A model generated the notes under the pieces. That model did not search any database, was not told where the DNA came from, and worked only from the letters and a program-made list of their open reading frames with translations. This document shows positions 21,144 to 30,302 of a stretch of DNA of 64,000 nucleotides, in pieces. Position numbers and translations under genes: made by a program. Every line of letters starts with the position of its first letter. The stretch's first letter is position 1. This DNA is from an uncultured Candidatus Rokubacteria bacterium (GTDB taxonomy: Bacteria; Methylomirabilota; Methylomirabilia; Rokubacteriales; CSP1-6): contig CAVYTA010000006.1 in assembly GCA_963771355.1 (NCBI GenBank), positions 1,216,001 to 1,280,000 of the forward strand, given 5' to 3'.

Positions 21144-22247
21144 CTACGACCTGGCCGCCAGCCAGGACGCGACCTTGGGCCAGCAGTGCACCGAGGCGCC
21201 GCGTCCCGCGATGAGGGAGATGTGCCCGCCCGGCAGCTCCACGTACTCGCGGTCGGCGCTGGAGACGGCGGTGATGAGCGGCTTCACGCAGGCGGGCGGC
21301 GCGATATTGTCTTCCTTGGCGCCCACCGCGAGCACGGGGGCGTGGATGTTCCGCAGGCTCACCGGACGGCCTCCCATGCGCAGCTCGCCCCGGACGAGCC
21401 GGTTCTGCTGGTAGAAGTCCTTCACCCACTGGCGGAAGAACTCGCCGGGAAACGGGAGGTACTCGTTGGCCCACTTGTTGAGCGCATTGAATCCCGAGAC
21501 GTACTCGGGATTCCACAAGTTCCACCAGAGATTGATGTTGGTGGAGAGATCCATGGTCGGCTTGAGGAGCTTGAAGCCGGCCTTCACCATGTCGGCGGGA
21601 ATGCTGCCCATGGTGTCCACGTACTTGTCCACGTCGAAGTAACGCGCGTCGAGCCACTGGGCGAAGAGTCCCGCGTGGGCGAAGTCGATGGGCCCCGCCA
21701 TGTCCACGAAGTTCTTCAGCGGGAACTCGGGTGTGGAGCCCAGGAAGCTCGCCGAGATGGGCGCGCCCATGCAGTACCCCAGCACGGAGATCTCGCGCGC
21801 GCCCGAGGACTCCAGCGCCTTGCGCGCCATCCGAGGCAGGATCTTGGTCACGACGTCCTCGAAGGTGAGGCCGTTGTCCTCCGGCCCGAACACGCCCCAG
21901 TCCACCAGGTACATGTCGAACCCCTGCTGCGTCATGTGCTCCATGAACGAGCCCCGGCGCATGAGGTCGAAGATGTAGGGCCGGCTGATGCCGAGGTTGG
22001 GGACGAACAGCACCGGGGTCCGGTGCGTCCGCTTGGACTCGTACCGGTACAGGCGCGACTTGTTCTTCCGGTAGATCTCCTGGCGCGGCGTGGGTCCGAG
22101 CTCGGGCTCCTTGGGATTCATGACCATCTCGGAGAAGTGCTTCATGCGGAGGAAGTTCCGATTGACCTCCTCCTGCCAGCGCGCCCGCACCTCGGGGGAC
22201 ACCCCGGGCATCTCGGGCACCACCATGGTGAACAGTTCGTCCTTCAT
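21144..22247 (-). CDS. phaC: Class III-type PHA synthase PhaC
   Basis: 367 aa; RPYIFDL, VDWG, lipase box GYCMG, PFPGEFFRQ, catalytic D (EDNI) and H (GGHIS). Confidence 0.9.
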   Translation of the reverse strand: MKDELFTMVVPEMPGVSPEVRARWQEEVNRNFLRMKHFSEMVMNPKEPELGPTPRQEIYRKNKSRLYRYESKRTHRTPVLFVPNLGISRPYIFDLMRRGSFMEHMTQQGFDMYLVDWGVFGPEDNGLTFEDVVTKILPRMARKALESSGAREISVLGYCMGAPISASFLGSTPEFPLKNFVDMAGPIDFAHAGLFAQWLDARYFDVDKYVDTMGSIPADMVKAGFKLLKPTMDLSTNINLWWNLWNPEYVSGFNALNKWANEYLPFPGEFFRQWVKDFYQQNRLVRGELRMGGRPVSLRNIHAPVLAVGAKEDNIAPPACVKPLITAVSSADREYVELPGGHISLIAGRGASVHCWPKVASWLAARS

Positions 22248-22264
22248 GTGTGACCTCCTCCCCT

Positions 22265-22294
22265 ATCCTACGCGGGCCTGACGCTTCGCGTCAA
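22265..22294 (-). promoter_or_regulatory. Putative phaC promoter with overlapping palindrome
   Basis: TTGACG-18 bp-TAGGAT on the minus strand; TGACGC-TTC-GCGTCA at 22279-22293. Confidence 0.5.
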
Positions 22295-22312
22295 GAAGGG
22301 GCCCGCAGCGGA

Positions 22313-22339
22313 CCTCTCCCCCCCGCCGGGAGGGAGAGG
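22313..22339. repeat. REP-like hairpin
   Basis: CCTCTCCC...GGGAGAGG intergenic inverted repeat. Confidence 0.55.
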
Positions 22340-22350
22340 GAACGGGAAGG

Positions 22351-22671
22351 CTAGACAGAAAAGAGGGACCCGACCTTCATGGCGAGGCCCATGTCCCCCT
22401 TCAGCTTGAGCTTGCCCGACATGAAGGCCATCTGGCCGGAGAGCTTGCCGCCGATCATGTCGAGCCAGTCCTGGGACGACATGCTGAGCGTGAGGTTCGG
22501 CGCCGCCGCCGCCCCCTCGTTCACCGCGCAGGTCCCGTCCTTGATCACGGCATGCCAGGTGCCGCCCTGGTCGCCGGTGATGTCGTACTGGATGGTGGAG
22601 TTGACCCCGGTCGCCTTGCTGGGCTGAAACCGGCTCGCCATTGCGTCGAAGGTTTCCTTCACTGTGGGCAT
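22351..22671 (-). CDS. SCP2 sterol/lipid-binding domain protein
   Basis: QMAFMSGKLKLKGDMGLAMK. Confidence 0.92.
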   Translation of the reverse strand: MPTVKETFDAMASRFQPSKATGVNSTIQYDITGDQGGTWHAVIKDGTCAVNEGAAAAPNLTLSMSSQDWLDMIGGKLSGQMAFMSGKLKLKGDMGLAMKVGSLFSV

Positions 22672-22704
22672 GATTGATCCTCCTGGTTGGTGCGCTGGCC
22701 TCGG

Positions 22705-23454
22705 TTAGAACGTGAACAGGTCCATTCCGCCCGTCACCGTGAGAATGGCGCCGGTGATGTAGCGGGCGCGCTCGGAGCACAGGAAGGCGATGGCATTGGC
22801 CACGTCCTCCGGCTGCCCTTCCGTCTGCATCGCGACGCGCTTGACCATCCGCTCGTACAGCGGCGAGAGGTTGGCGTTGGGGCCGATGATGCCGGGGGCG
22901 ATCACATTGCTCGTGATGTGATAGCGCGCGCCTTCGAGCGCGACCGACTTGGCGAAGCCGATCACGCCCATCTTGCTCGTCGAGTAGGCGGTCTGCCCGA
23001 AGCCCCCCATGAGGCCCGCGATCGAGGCCATGGAGATCACGCGGCCCCAGCTCCGCTCACGCATGCCCGGGAACACTGCCTTGGTGACATTGTACGTGCC
23101 GGTGAGATTCACCTGGAGGTTGAGGTCCCAGGCCGCGTCGTCCATGTCCTTGAGCTGGCCCAGCGTGTAGATGAGGCCGGCGTTGTTGACGCAGATGTCC
23201 ACCGGGCCCACGTCGGCCTGCGCGCGGCGGAGGACCTCGGCGAGGCCCGGACGGTCGGTGATGTCCACCTCGTAGCCGCGCGCGACCCCGCCGCCGCCGG
23301 CGATCTCCTTGGCCGTTTCCGCGGCCCCCTCGCCGTTGAGGTCGAGGACGATGACCCGGCAGCCCTCTGCGGCGAGGGTGAGGCAGTCCTGGCGGCCCAG
23401 GCTCCGGGCTCCCCCCGTGACCAGCGCCACCTTGTCCTTCAGGCCGAGATCCAT
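22705..23454 (-). CDS. SDR family oxidoreductase (3-oxoacyl reductase-like)
   Basis: TGGARSLG, NNAG, YSTSK. Confidence 0.9.
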   Translation of the reverse strand: MDLGLKDKVALVTGGARSLGRQDCLTLAAEGCRVIVLDLNGEGAAETAKEIAGGGGVARGYEVDITDRPGLAEVLRRAQADVGPVDICVNNAGLIYTLGQLKDMDDAAWDLNLQVNLTGTYNVTKAVFPGMRERSWGRVISMASIAGLMGGFGQTAYSTSKMGVIGFAKSVALEGARYHITSNVIAPGIIGPNANLSPLYERMVKRVAMQTEGQPEDVANAIAFLCSERARYITGAILTVTGGMDLFTF

Positions 23455-23519
23455 TGCTAGCTCGCTCCGCTCGCAACCATTTCCATATTCGCTCGCCTCG
23501 CCTCCGGCTGCGGCTCGCC

Positions 23520-24293
23520 CTACTTTCCCTTGAACTCTGGCGCACGCTTCTGGAAGAAGGCCTGCAGCCCCTCGCCCGCGTCCTCCGTACGGATGACCTT
23601 CTCGAAGGCGCGGATCTCGATCTCGATACCCTTGTCGATGGGCTCCTCGAGCCCGTCGTCCACCGCCTCGATGATGAGCCGGGTGGCGATGGGCGGCCGC
23701 TTGCCCAGCTCGCGCGCGAGCCCCTTGGCGTCGTTGAGCGTCTCGCCGTCCTTGGCCACGCGGTTGACGAGCCCGATCCGGTGGCACTCCGCCGCGGAGA
23801 TCTGGGTGCCCAGGATGAGGTGCTCGAGGGCCAGCCCGCGCCCGATGAGACGGGGCGTGCGCTGCGTGCCGCCGTAGCCGGGAATGATGCCGAGGTTGGA
23901 CTCCGTCTGCCCCATGCGCGCCGTCTCCTTGAGGATCCGGATGTGGCAGCCCATGGCGATCTCACACCCGCCGCCCAGCGCGTGCCCGTTGATGGCGGCC
24001 ACCACCGGCTTGGGGAAGCGCTCGATGCGCCGCACCACGCTGTTGCCAAACCGGAGAAAGGCCGCGATGTCCGGGCCCGAGAAGGCGGAGCCGAGGTCGG
24101 CCCCCGCGCAGAAAATCTTGTCGCCCGCCCCGGTGATGATCAGCGATCGCACGGCGTCGTCGGCCTGGAGCTCGGAGAGCGCGGCATTGAGCTCGCGCAT
24201 CAGGTCTTCGCTGATGGCGTTGGCGGGGGGCCGGTTCAGGGTGATGACCGCGAAGGATTCCTCGCGCGTGACGACGATGTTCTCGTACGGCAT
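23520..24293 (-). CDS. Enoyl-CoA hydratase/isomerase
   Basis: FCAGADL, ALGGGCE, GIIPGYGGTQR. Confidence 0.93.
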   Translation of the reverse strand: MPYENIVVTREESFAVITLNRPPANAISEDLMRELNAALSELQADDAVRSLIITGAGDKIFCAGADLGSAFSGPDIAAFLRFGNSVVRRIERFPKPVVAAINGHALGGGCEIAMGCHIRILKETARMGQTESNLGIIPGYGGTQRTPRLIGRGLALEHLILGTQISAAECHRIGLVNRVAKDGETLNDAKGLARELGKRPPIATRLIIEAVDDGLEEPIDKGIEIEIRAFEKVIRTEDAGEGLQAFFQKRAPEFKGK

Positions 24294-24321
24294 CGGTGGA
24301 TGGCTCCTTGACGCGCGCGGC

Positions 24322-24903
24322 TCAGCGGGGGGCGAGGCCGCGGAGGAAAAGGTCGGCGAGGGCCTCCGCGGTGTCGGCGAGGCGATAGCCGCGCTTGCCC
24401 AGCACCCACGAGGTGGCCATCTGGTCCATGGCGCCGAAGAGGGCCTTGGTGGCGACCTTCACCGGCAGGCCCTTCCGGAAGCGACCCTCCGCCACGCCCT
24501 CTTCCAGGACGGAGGTGATGAGGGCGAAGTAGGACGCGATCTCGTGCGCCGAGGCCCCCCGGAAGAACTTCTGTCCCTGCCGCTGCTCCACCTGGACCAC
24601 CTCGGCCAGCTGCGGGTCTTCCTCCAGCATCTCGAAATGGAGACGGATGAGCCGGGAAAGCTTCGCCACCGCGTCCGGCTCGTCGGCGATCGCCTTGCGC
24701 AGGCTCCCCACGAACTGCGCCATCTTGTCGCGGAAGAGAGTGACGAGGATGTCGTCCTTGGTGCGGAAGTAGAGATAGATGGTCCCCGCAGCAATGCCGG
24801 CTTCCCTGGCAATGTCGGAGACGCGCGAGTTGTAGTAGCCCTTGCGGGCGAAGACCCGGACGGCCGCCTCGATAATCTGTTGGGGCTTCTCAGGATCGCG
24901 CAT
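24322..24903 (-). CDS. TetR family regulator (FadR/YsiA-like)
   Basis: HTH DIAREAGIAAGTIYLYFRTKDDIL. Start placed at 24903 because 24924 lies only 3 nt from the -10 element, upstream of the expected transcription start. Confidence 0.9.
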   Translation of the reverse strand: MRDPEKPQQIIEAAVRVFARKGYYNSRVSDIAREAGIAAGTIYLYFRTKDDILVTLFRDKMAQFVGSLRKAIADEPDAVAKLSRLIRLHFEMLEEDPQLAEVVQVEQRQGQKFFRGASAHEIASYFALITSVLEEGVAEGRFRKGLPVKVATKALFGAMDQMATSWVLGKRGYRLADTAEALADLFLRGLAPR

Positions 24904-24908
24904 GGGGG

Positions 24909-24955
24909 ATGACTGAACCGCCATTCATCTTAGTCAGGCCACCCGGTCCTGTCAA
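24909..24955 (-). promoter_or_regulatory. Sigma70 promoter with a palindromic operator over the start site
   Basis: TTGACA-17 bp-TAAGAT; ATGAATGGCGGTTCAGTCAT imperfect palindrome at 24909-24928. Confidence 0.75.
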
Positions 24956-25002
24956 ACGCAAAGTCGGCTCGGCTCGCCCGCCGGCGGAGGGCTGATCCGC
25001 GG

Positions 25003-25644
25003 TCAGGGATCGAGAAGCGCCGACACGAAGCGCGTCAGGCGCTCGAAGTCCGGCGCTGGCACGTTCACGAAGACGAGCGCGGCGCTCCGATCGTTCACCT
25101 CCCATACCACCGCGCGGAGTAACAGCGGCGCGGGGTCGCCGTCGGGCGGGAGCCGCACGTCGACCTGCTCTCCCGCGCGCAGGACGAGCCCGGTGGTGAT
25201 CCGCGCACCGAACGCGCTGAGGTCCAGCGTCTCCGCGGGCACCTGCGCGCCCCCCGCGTGACCGAGGGTCACCACCACCGGCACGTACGCGCGCGGCGAG
25301 CGACGGCGGGTCTCCCAGGGATCGAGGCGGGGACGTTGACGGCGGATCGCGCGCTCGGGCAGGCTGCCGCCCGCGCTGACGAGGTCCACCGTGATGCCCT
25401 CCGGGTCGCTCCGCACCACGCGTCCCGCCACCGCCACTACCTCCATGCGGTCGGGCGGGCCGGGCAGGGTCAAGCGCAGGACCACCGGGGTGTCGGCGGC
25501 GAGCTCGATGGGCACCCTGACGCGAACGCCCGAGGTGCTGACATCGAAGACGTGTCCGCTCACCGTCTCGCCCTGCGGCGTCTGGAGCTGGACCGGCCAG
25601 TCGGCCCGGGCGCGCTGGGCGCCACGCCGATCCTCGCGCGCCAT
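25003..25644 (-). CDS. Tandem PilZ domain protein
   Basis: RRGAQR...DVSTSG and RRRSPR...DLSAFG. Confidence 0.85.
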   Translation of the reverse strand: MAREDRRGAQRARADWPVQLQTPQGETVSGHVFDVSTSGVRVRVPIELAADTPVVLRLTLPGPPDRMEVVAVAGRVVRSDPEGITVDLVSAGGSLPERAIRRQRPRLDPWETRRRSPRAYVPVVVTLGHAGGAQVPAETLDLSAFGARITTGLVLRAGEQVDVRLPPDGDPAPLLLRAVVWEVNDRSAALVFVNVPAPDFERLTRFVSALLDP

Positions 25645-25658
25645 ACCGGTGGCCGGCC

Positions 25659-26285
25659 TCAGCTCCCGCGCTCGACCAGACGGCCCACGTACTGGCTCAG
25701 GCGCGCAAAGTCGCTGCTGCGGAGATTGGCGAAGACGAACACGGCCCCGCGGTCCGCCAGGGTCCAGACCACCGCGGACAGGTGCAGCGGATCTCCGTCA
25801 CCCTCCGGCTGGAACTCCAGCCTGGCGGTGTCTCCCGGCTGCAGCTTCAGGTCCGTGGCGATCCGCGCCCCGAAGGCGCTGAGGTCGAGCGTCCTGCCGC
25901 TGACCGCTTCGCCCCGCCCCACGCGAATGCTCACCGGCAGCGGCCGCGTGACACGCGGACCGCGGCGGCGCGCGTCCCAGCCGCCCACCAGCGGCTCGAC
26001 CCGGCGGGCCTCGGTCTCGGGCAGCCCGATGAAATCCAGTGCCAGGCCGTCGGCTTCTCGCCGCGCGACCCGCGCCACCACCTCCAGCCGGTTGGCCCCG
26101 CGCGGCAGCGTGATCCGGAGCGTGACGGCGGCGCCCACCGGGAGATCGCCGGACACGCGGACGCGCACGCCGGAGGTGCTGATGTCGAGGACGTGGCCCT
26201 CGAGGACCCCCCGCTCGAAGGTCTCGAGCGTCACCGGCCAGCTGGCTCTGGCCCGTGCCGCTCCGCGTCGGTCTCGCCCCTTCAC
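25659..26285 (-). CDS. Tandem PilZ domain protein (paralog of its neighbour)
   Basis: RRGAAR...DISTSG and RRRGPR...DLSAFG; GTG start inferred. Confidence 0.85.
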   Translation of the reverse strand: MKGRDRRGAARARASWPVTLETFERGVLEGHVLDISTSGVRVRVSGDLPVGAAVTLRITLPRGANRLEVVARVARREADGLALDFIGLPETEARRVEPLVGGWDARRRGPRVTRPLPVSIRVGRGEAVSGRTLDLSAFGARIATDLKLQPGDTARLEFQPEGDGDPLHLSAVVWTLADRGAVFVFANLRSSDFARLSQYVGRLVERGS

Positions 26286-26394
26286 CCTTGCGTCCTCATG
26301 CCCGCACCAACTTGCGTCCCGGGCCCGGCCGGTGTCAAGTCCGCTGTCGCTCCCCGCGCAGCGAGCCCCCGCCGACTGAGGTAAGATGGCGCCC

Positions 26395-27330
26395 ATGACG
26401 ATCAAGTACCGCATCGGCATCATGCCGGGCCCGTGGCCGCCGGGCCGCGAGGGCGCCGACTTCCTCTGGAGTCTCTGCGACCTCTGCGAGCGCACCGAGG
26501 TCGACTCGATCTGGCTCTCGGACCGTCTTTCCTCGCCGGTGCCCGTTCCCGAAGTGATGACGACACTGGCCGCCATCGCCGCGCGGACCACCAGGCTCAA
26601 GTTCGGGCCGAGCGTGATCGTGCTGCCCTATCGCACGCCGGTGGTGGCGGCGAAGGAGATGGCCACGGTGGACTGGCTCTCGCGCGGGCGCCTCTTCCCC
26701 GCGGTGGGCGTGGGCGTGGAGCTCCCGCGCGAATTCGAGGCCTCGGGGGTGGCGTTTCGCGAGCGGGGTCGGCGCACCGACGAGGCCATCCGCGTGATCC
26801 GCATGCTCTGGACGCAGGACGAGGTGACGTTCCAGGGCGAGTTCTACAAGCTCGACCGGATCAGCGTGCTGCCCAAGCCCTGGCAGAACCCGCCTCCCAT
26901 CTGGATCGGCGGCAAGAGCGAGGCCGCGCAGAAGCGCACCGCGCGGCTCGGCGACGGCTGGATGCCGTCCTTCATCACCCCGGACGAGTTTCGGACGGGT
27001 GTGGAGCGCGTGCAGGAGCTCGCGGCCGCCGAGGGGCGCGCGGTGCCCGTGGATCACTTCGGCACCCTCATCAACTTCGCGCTGGCGGACTCGCCCCAGG
27101 CCGCCGCGGCCCTGGCCGGCCCCTTCATCCCGCGCGGACGCGTGGACGAGGCGACCATCCAGCAGTGCACCGCCTTCGGGCCCGCGGAGGTCGTGGCGGA
27201 GCGCATCGAGGAATACGTGAAGGGCGGCGGCTCGAAGTTCATCCTGCGGCCCCTGGGCCCGCCGGACACGATGCTCGACCAGCTCGCGCGGCTCGCCGCC
27301 GAGGTCATTCCCGCCTTCCACGCGCGCTGA
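26395..27330 (+). CDS. LLM class flavin/F420-dependent oxidoreductase
   Basis: SIWLSDR, AAIAARTTRLKFG, PPIWIGG, RTARLGDGW. Confidence 0.9.
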   Translation: MTIKYRIGIMPGPWPPGREGADFLWSLCDLCERTEVDSIWLSDRLSSPVPVPEVMTTLAAIAARTTRLKFGPSVIVLPYRTPVVAAKEMATVDWLSRGRLFPAVGVGVELPREFEASGVAFRERGRRTDEAIRVIRMLWTQDEVTFQGEFYKLDRISVLPKPWQNPPPIWIGGKSEAAQKRTARLGDGWMPSFITPDEFRTGVERVQELAAAEGRAVPVDHFGTLINFALADSPQAAAALAGPFIPRGRVDEATIQQCTAFGPAEVVAERIEEYVKGGGSKFILRPLGPPDTMLDQLARLAAEVIPAFHAR

Positions 27331-27334
27331 GCCC

Positions 27335-28324
27335 ATGCCCATCCCCCTCCGCCCCCCTCGCCGCGCCGTCTTCGCGCTCGCCGCCACCCTGCTTCTCGGC
27401 GGCTGCTCCTCACTCATCTCGATCGACTTCACGCCGCGTATCAAACCGCTCGAGGAGGAGACGGTCGAGGGCTCGCGCTTGAGCTCGAGTAAGATCTTGC
27501 TCCTCGATCTCTCCGGCCTCCTCCAGGAGGACACGCCCAGCCTCTCGCTGACCACCCCGCCTCCCCACGTGCCCCTCCTCGCCCGCGTGCGCGAGGAGCT
27601 GCGCCGCGCCTCGGAGGACAACAAGGTGCGCGCGCTGGTGGTGCGCATCAACAGCCCGGGCGGGACCATCACCGCCTCCGACGTGCTCTACAAGGAGATT
27701 CGCGAGTTCAAGCAGCAGCGGAAGGTGCCGGTGGTGGCGGCCATCATGGACGTGGGCGCCTCCGGCGGCTACTACGCCGCCCTGGCCGCGGATCAGATCC
27801 TCGTGCACCCCACCACCATCACCGGCAGCATCGGCGTGATCATGGTGACCCTGAACGCCCAGGGCCTTCTGGAGAAGATCGGGGTGGCACCGCTCGCCAT
27901 CAAGTCGGGTCCACTCAAGGATGCGGGTTCGCCGTTTCGCGGCCTCACCGACGAGGAGCGCGGAGTCTTCCAGGGGGTCATCGACGACATGTATGGGCGC
28001 TTCGTGCGCCTGGTGGCGGAGTCGCGGAAGATCCCCGAGGCGCGCGTGCGGGCCTTTGCCGACGGGCGCATCTACACCGCGGAGCAGGCCCGCGGGCTGG
28101 GGCTGGTGGATCGCGTGGGCTATCTCGACGAGGCGATCGAGATGGCGAAGCAGGCTGCCGGCCTCACCGAGGCGCGCGTGGTGATGTACCACCGGCCGCG
28201 CGAGTACCGCGCCAACATGTACTCCGCCGCCCCGGTCACCCCGGGCGCGGACGCCTTGCTCGGCCAGCTCGCCGGCGCCCTGGGGGGTCCGGGGACCCGC
28301 TTTCTCTATCTCTGGTGGCCCTGA
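27335..28324 (+). CDS. sppA: Signal peptide peptidase SppA (S49), lipoprotein
   Basis: LGGC lipobox, RINSPGG, ASGGYY, TGSIGV, DGRIYTAEQA. Confidence 0.92.
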   Translation: MPIPLRPPRRAVFALAATLLLGGCSSLISIDFTPRIKPLEEETVEGSRLSSSKILLLDLSGLLQEDTPSLSLTTPPPHVPLLARVREELRRASEDNKVRALVVRINSPGGTITASDVLYKEIREFKQQRKVPVVAAIMDVGASGGYYAALAADQILVHPTTITGSIGVIMVTLNAQGLLEKIGVAPLAIKSGPLKDAGSPFRGLTDEERGVFQGVIDDMYGRFVRLVAESRKIPEARVRAFADGRIYTAEQARGLGLVDRVGYLDEAIEMAKQAAGLTEARVVMYHRPREYRANMYSAAPVTPGADALLGQLAGALGGPGTRFLYLWWP

Positions 28325-28388
28325 TCCCCGGCTCGACGCCACCAAATCCTTCCGGGGCGAGGGTCCCCGGTGCTAGCGTGAACGGGCC

Positions 28389-28790
28389 ATGCCTCTTCGG
28401 TCCCTGAGCGTCACGAAAGCGGGCAATCGGCGTGGATTCACCCTCATCGAGCTGATGGTAGTCGTCGCGGTGATCGGCATCCTCACCGCCATCGCCATCC
28501 CGCTCTACACCAACATGCAGCTCCGCGCGCGGGTGGCCAAAGCGCAGGGCGACGCGCGGGCCCTCGTCTCCGCCATCAGCCTCTACTCCGCGCACATGCA
28601 GTCGCTGCCGCCCAACTTGGCCGCGCTCAACTCGGCCGCCGTCAATAACCTGGGCGCCACCGCAGGGCCCTTCATGGCCTCCACCCCGAACCCGCCCGAG
28701 GGCTGGACCACCTACGGCTACACCTCGACGGCGGGGGGCGTGTACGTGGTCTCGACCACCGGCGATAGCTTCGTCGTCAGCCTGCCCTGA
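28389..28790 (+). CDS. Type IV pilin / pseudopilin
   Basis: Class III signal peptide G|FTLIELMVVVAVIGIL. Confidence 0.9.
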   Translation: MPLRSLSVTKAGNRRGFTLIELMVVVAVIGILTAIAIPLYTNMQLRARVAKAQGDARALVSAISLYSAHMQSLPPNLAALNSAAVNNLGATAGPFMASTPNPPEGWTTYGYTSTAGGVYVVSTTGDSFVVSLP

Positions 28791-28803
28791 CGGGCGGCCG
28801 CCC

Positions 28804-29487
28804 TCACTTCGGCTCCGGCATCCCGTAGCCCGCCATATCCTGCTGCTGGTTCCAGCGTAGCCAGCCCGCCTCGCTCTCTTCCCGGGTGAGCGGGCGATTG
28901 CCGCCCGGTGTGCCCGTCGCCGGAACCAGCAGCTCCTCGCCCGGCCGGACCGTGCGCTCCCACTTCGCGCCCTCCCCCGACGCGCGCGCCAGCGCCAGAC
29001 CGTGGAAGACCCGCACCAGCACCGAGCCATCGGGGGAGACCCGGATGCCGGTGCCGCCGCTCCGCACCGCCACCGTGACCGGTCCCGCCTCCACCTCGAC
29101 CGCGGTCCGTGTCACGGACAGGGGCAGCACCGCCACCCAGATCCACCCGCCGTCCTGCTTGATGCGCACGGCGCGATCCGACGCGGGCGCCCCCGCCCCC
29201 GGCTCGGCGACGAAGAGCTGGGTGAGCTGGGCCATGCGGATGGCGTGCCCGCTCGTCGTCCGCAGCACGAACCGGCCGCCCGGGAGCGCGCGGGCGCCAT
29301 CGCCCTCGGCCACCTCATCGCGGAGCTTGGCCTTGACCCATGTATTGCTTCCCTTCTTGAGGATCTCGGAGGGCCCGTTGATGGTAGAGGCTACCAGGGG
29401 GGTCTCCTTGGGCTGGGCGAGCGCGGGCGCCGTGACACACGCGAGCGCGGCGAGGACGAGGGGGATCAGCAGCGCCTTCGACTTCAT
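28804..29487 (-). CDS. Exported FecR-domain-like protein
   Basis: Signal peptide; VEVEAGPVTVAVRSG...VRVFHG pattern. Confidence 0.65.
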   Translation of the reverse strand: MKSKALLIPLVLAALACVTAPALAQPKETPLVASTINGPSEILKKGSNTWVKAKLRDEVAEGDGARALPGGRFVLRTTSGHAIRMAQLTQLFVAEPGAGAPASDRAVRIKQDGGWIWVAVLPLSVTRTAVEVEAGPVTVAVRSGGTGIRVSPDGSVLVRVFHGLALARASGEGAKWERTVRPGEELLVPATGTPGGNRPLTREESEAGWLRWNQQQDMAGYGMPEPK

Positions 29488-29519
29488 CCGTCGAGTCCTT
29501 TCTATCGGGGGCCGGCCGG

Positions 29520-30302
29520 TCAATGGCCGGTCCAGCGGGGCGCGCGCTTCTCGAAGAAGGCGGTGACGCCTTCCCTGGCATCGTCGGAGAGGAAGACCAG
29601 CGTGGTCAGCTCACGCAGATAGCGAAGGGCGGCGCCGTACTCCATCTCGGTGGCCGTCGCCGCCGCCTCCTTGGCGAGCCCCAGCGCGGTGGGCGAGAGC
29701 CCGGCCAGTCGCGCGGCCAGCGTGCGCACCTCATGCTCGAGGTCGCCCCGAGCCACTACCCGGCTCACCAGGCCCATGTCGAAGGCCTCCCGCGCGGACA
29801 CCGGCTCGCCCGAGAGCACCATGAGCATGCCCCGCTTCCGGCCGGCGGCACGAAGGACGGGGGCCATCACGACGAGCGGGAGCAGGCCGAGCGTGATCTC
29901 GGGGAGCCCGAAGACGGCGTCGTCCGACGCCACCACCACGTCGCACCCCACCGCGAGCCCGCAGCCACCGGCCAGGGCGAATCCGTGCACCTGGGCGATC
30001 AGCGGCGTCCGCATCCGCGCCATGGCCTCGAGGATGCGCGGCAGACCGCTGAAGGACTCGCGTGCCTGCAACGCGGTGCCGCGGTCGCCCACGCCCTTCA
30101 GGTCCGCGCCCGCGCAGAAGGCCTTGTCCCCCGCCCCGCACAGCACGATCACGCGCGCGGCGGGATCGGCCTCGAGCGAGATCAACGCCTGCTCCAAATC
30201 GAGGAGCAGAGCCGGGTTGAGCGCGTTCCGCACCTCGGGACGATTGAGGGTGACGGTGGCGATGCCGTCCCGCGTCTCGACCAGCACCGTCTCCCCGCTC
30301 AC
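29520..30302 (-). CDS. Enoyl-CoA hydratase/isomerase family protein
   Basis: LNRPEVRNAL, FCAGADL, FGLPE; GTG start overlaps the upstream stop. Confidence 0.9.
   Translation of the reverse strand: MSGETVLVETRDGIATVTLNRPEVRNALNPALLLDLEQALISLEADPAARVIVLCGAGDKAFCAGADLKGVGDRGTALQARESFSGLPRILEAMARMRTPLIAQVHGFALAGGCGLAVGCDVVVASDDAVFGLPEITLGLLPLVVMAPVLRAAGRKRGMLMVLSGEPVSAREAFDMGLVSRVVARGDLEHEVRTLAARLAGLSPTALGLAKEAAATATEMEYGAALRYLRELTTLVFLSDDAREGVTAFFEKRAPRWTGH

Noticed and set aside
23455..23520. Repeated CTCGC/GCTCG units as a CRISPR or tandem repeat
   Set aside because: Short, irregular, no spacers and no cas genes; low-complexity intergenic sequence.
28389..28790. Complete type IV pilus or T2SS locus
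   Set aside because: Only an isolated pilin-like gene is present; there is no ATPase, platform or secretin gene in the window.
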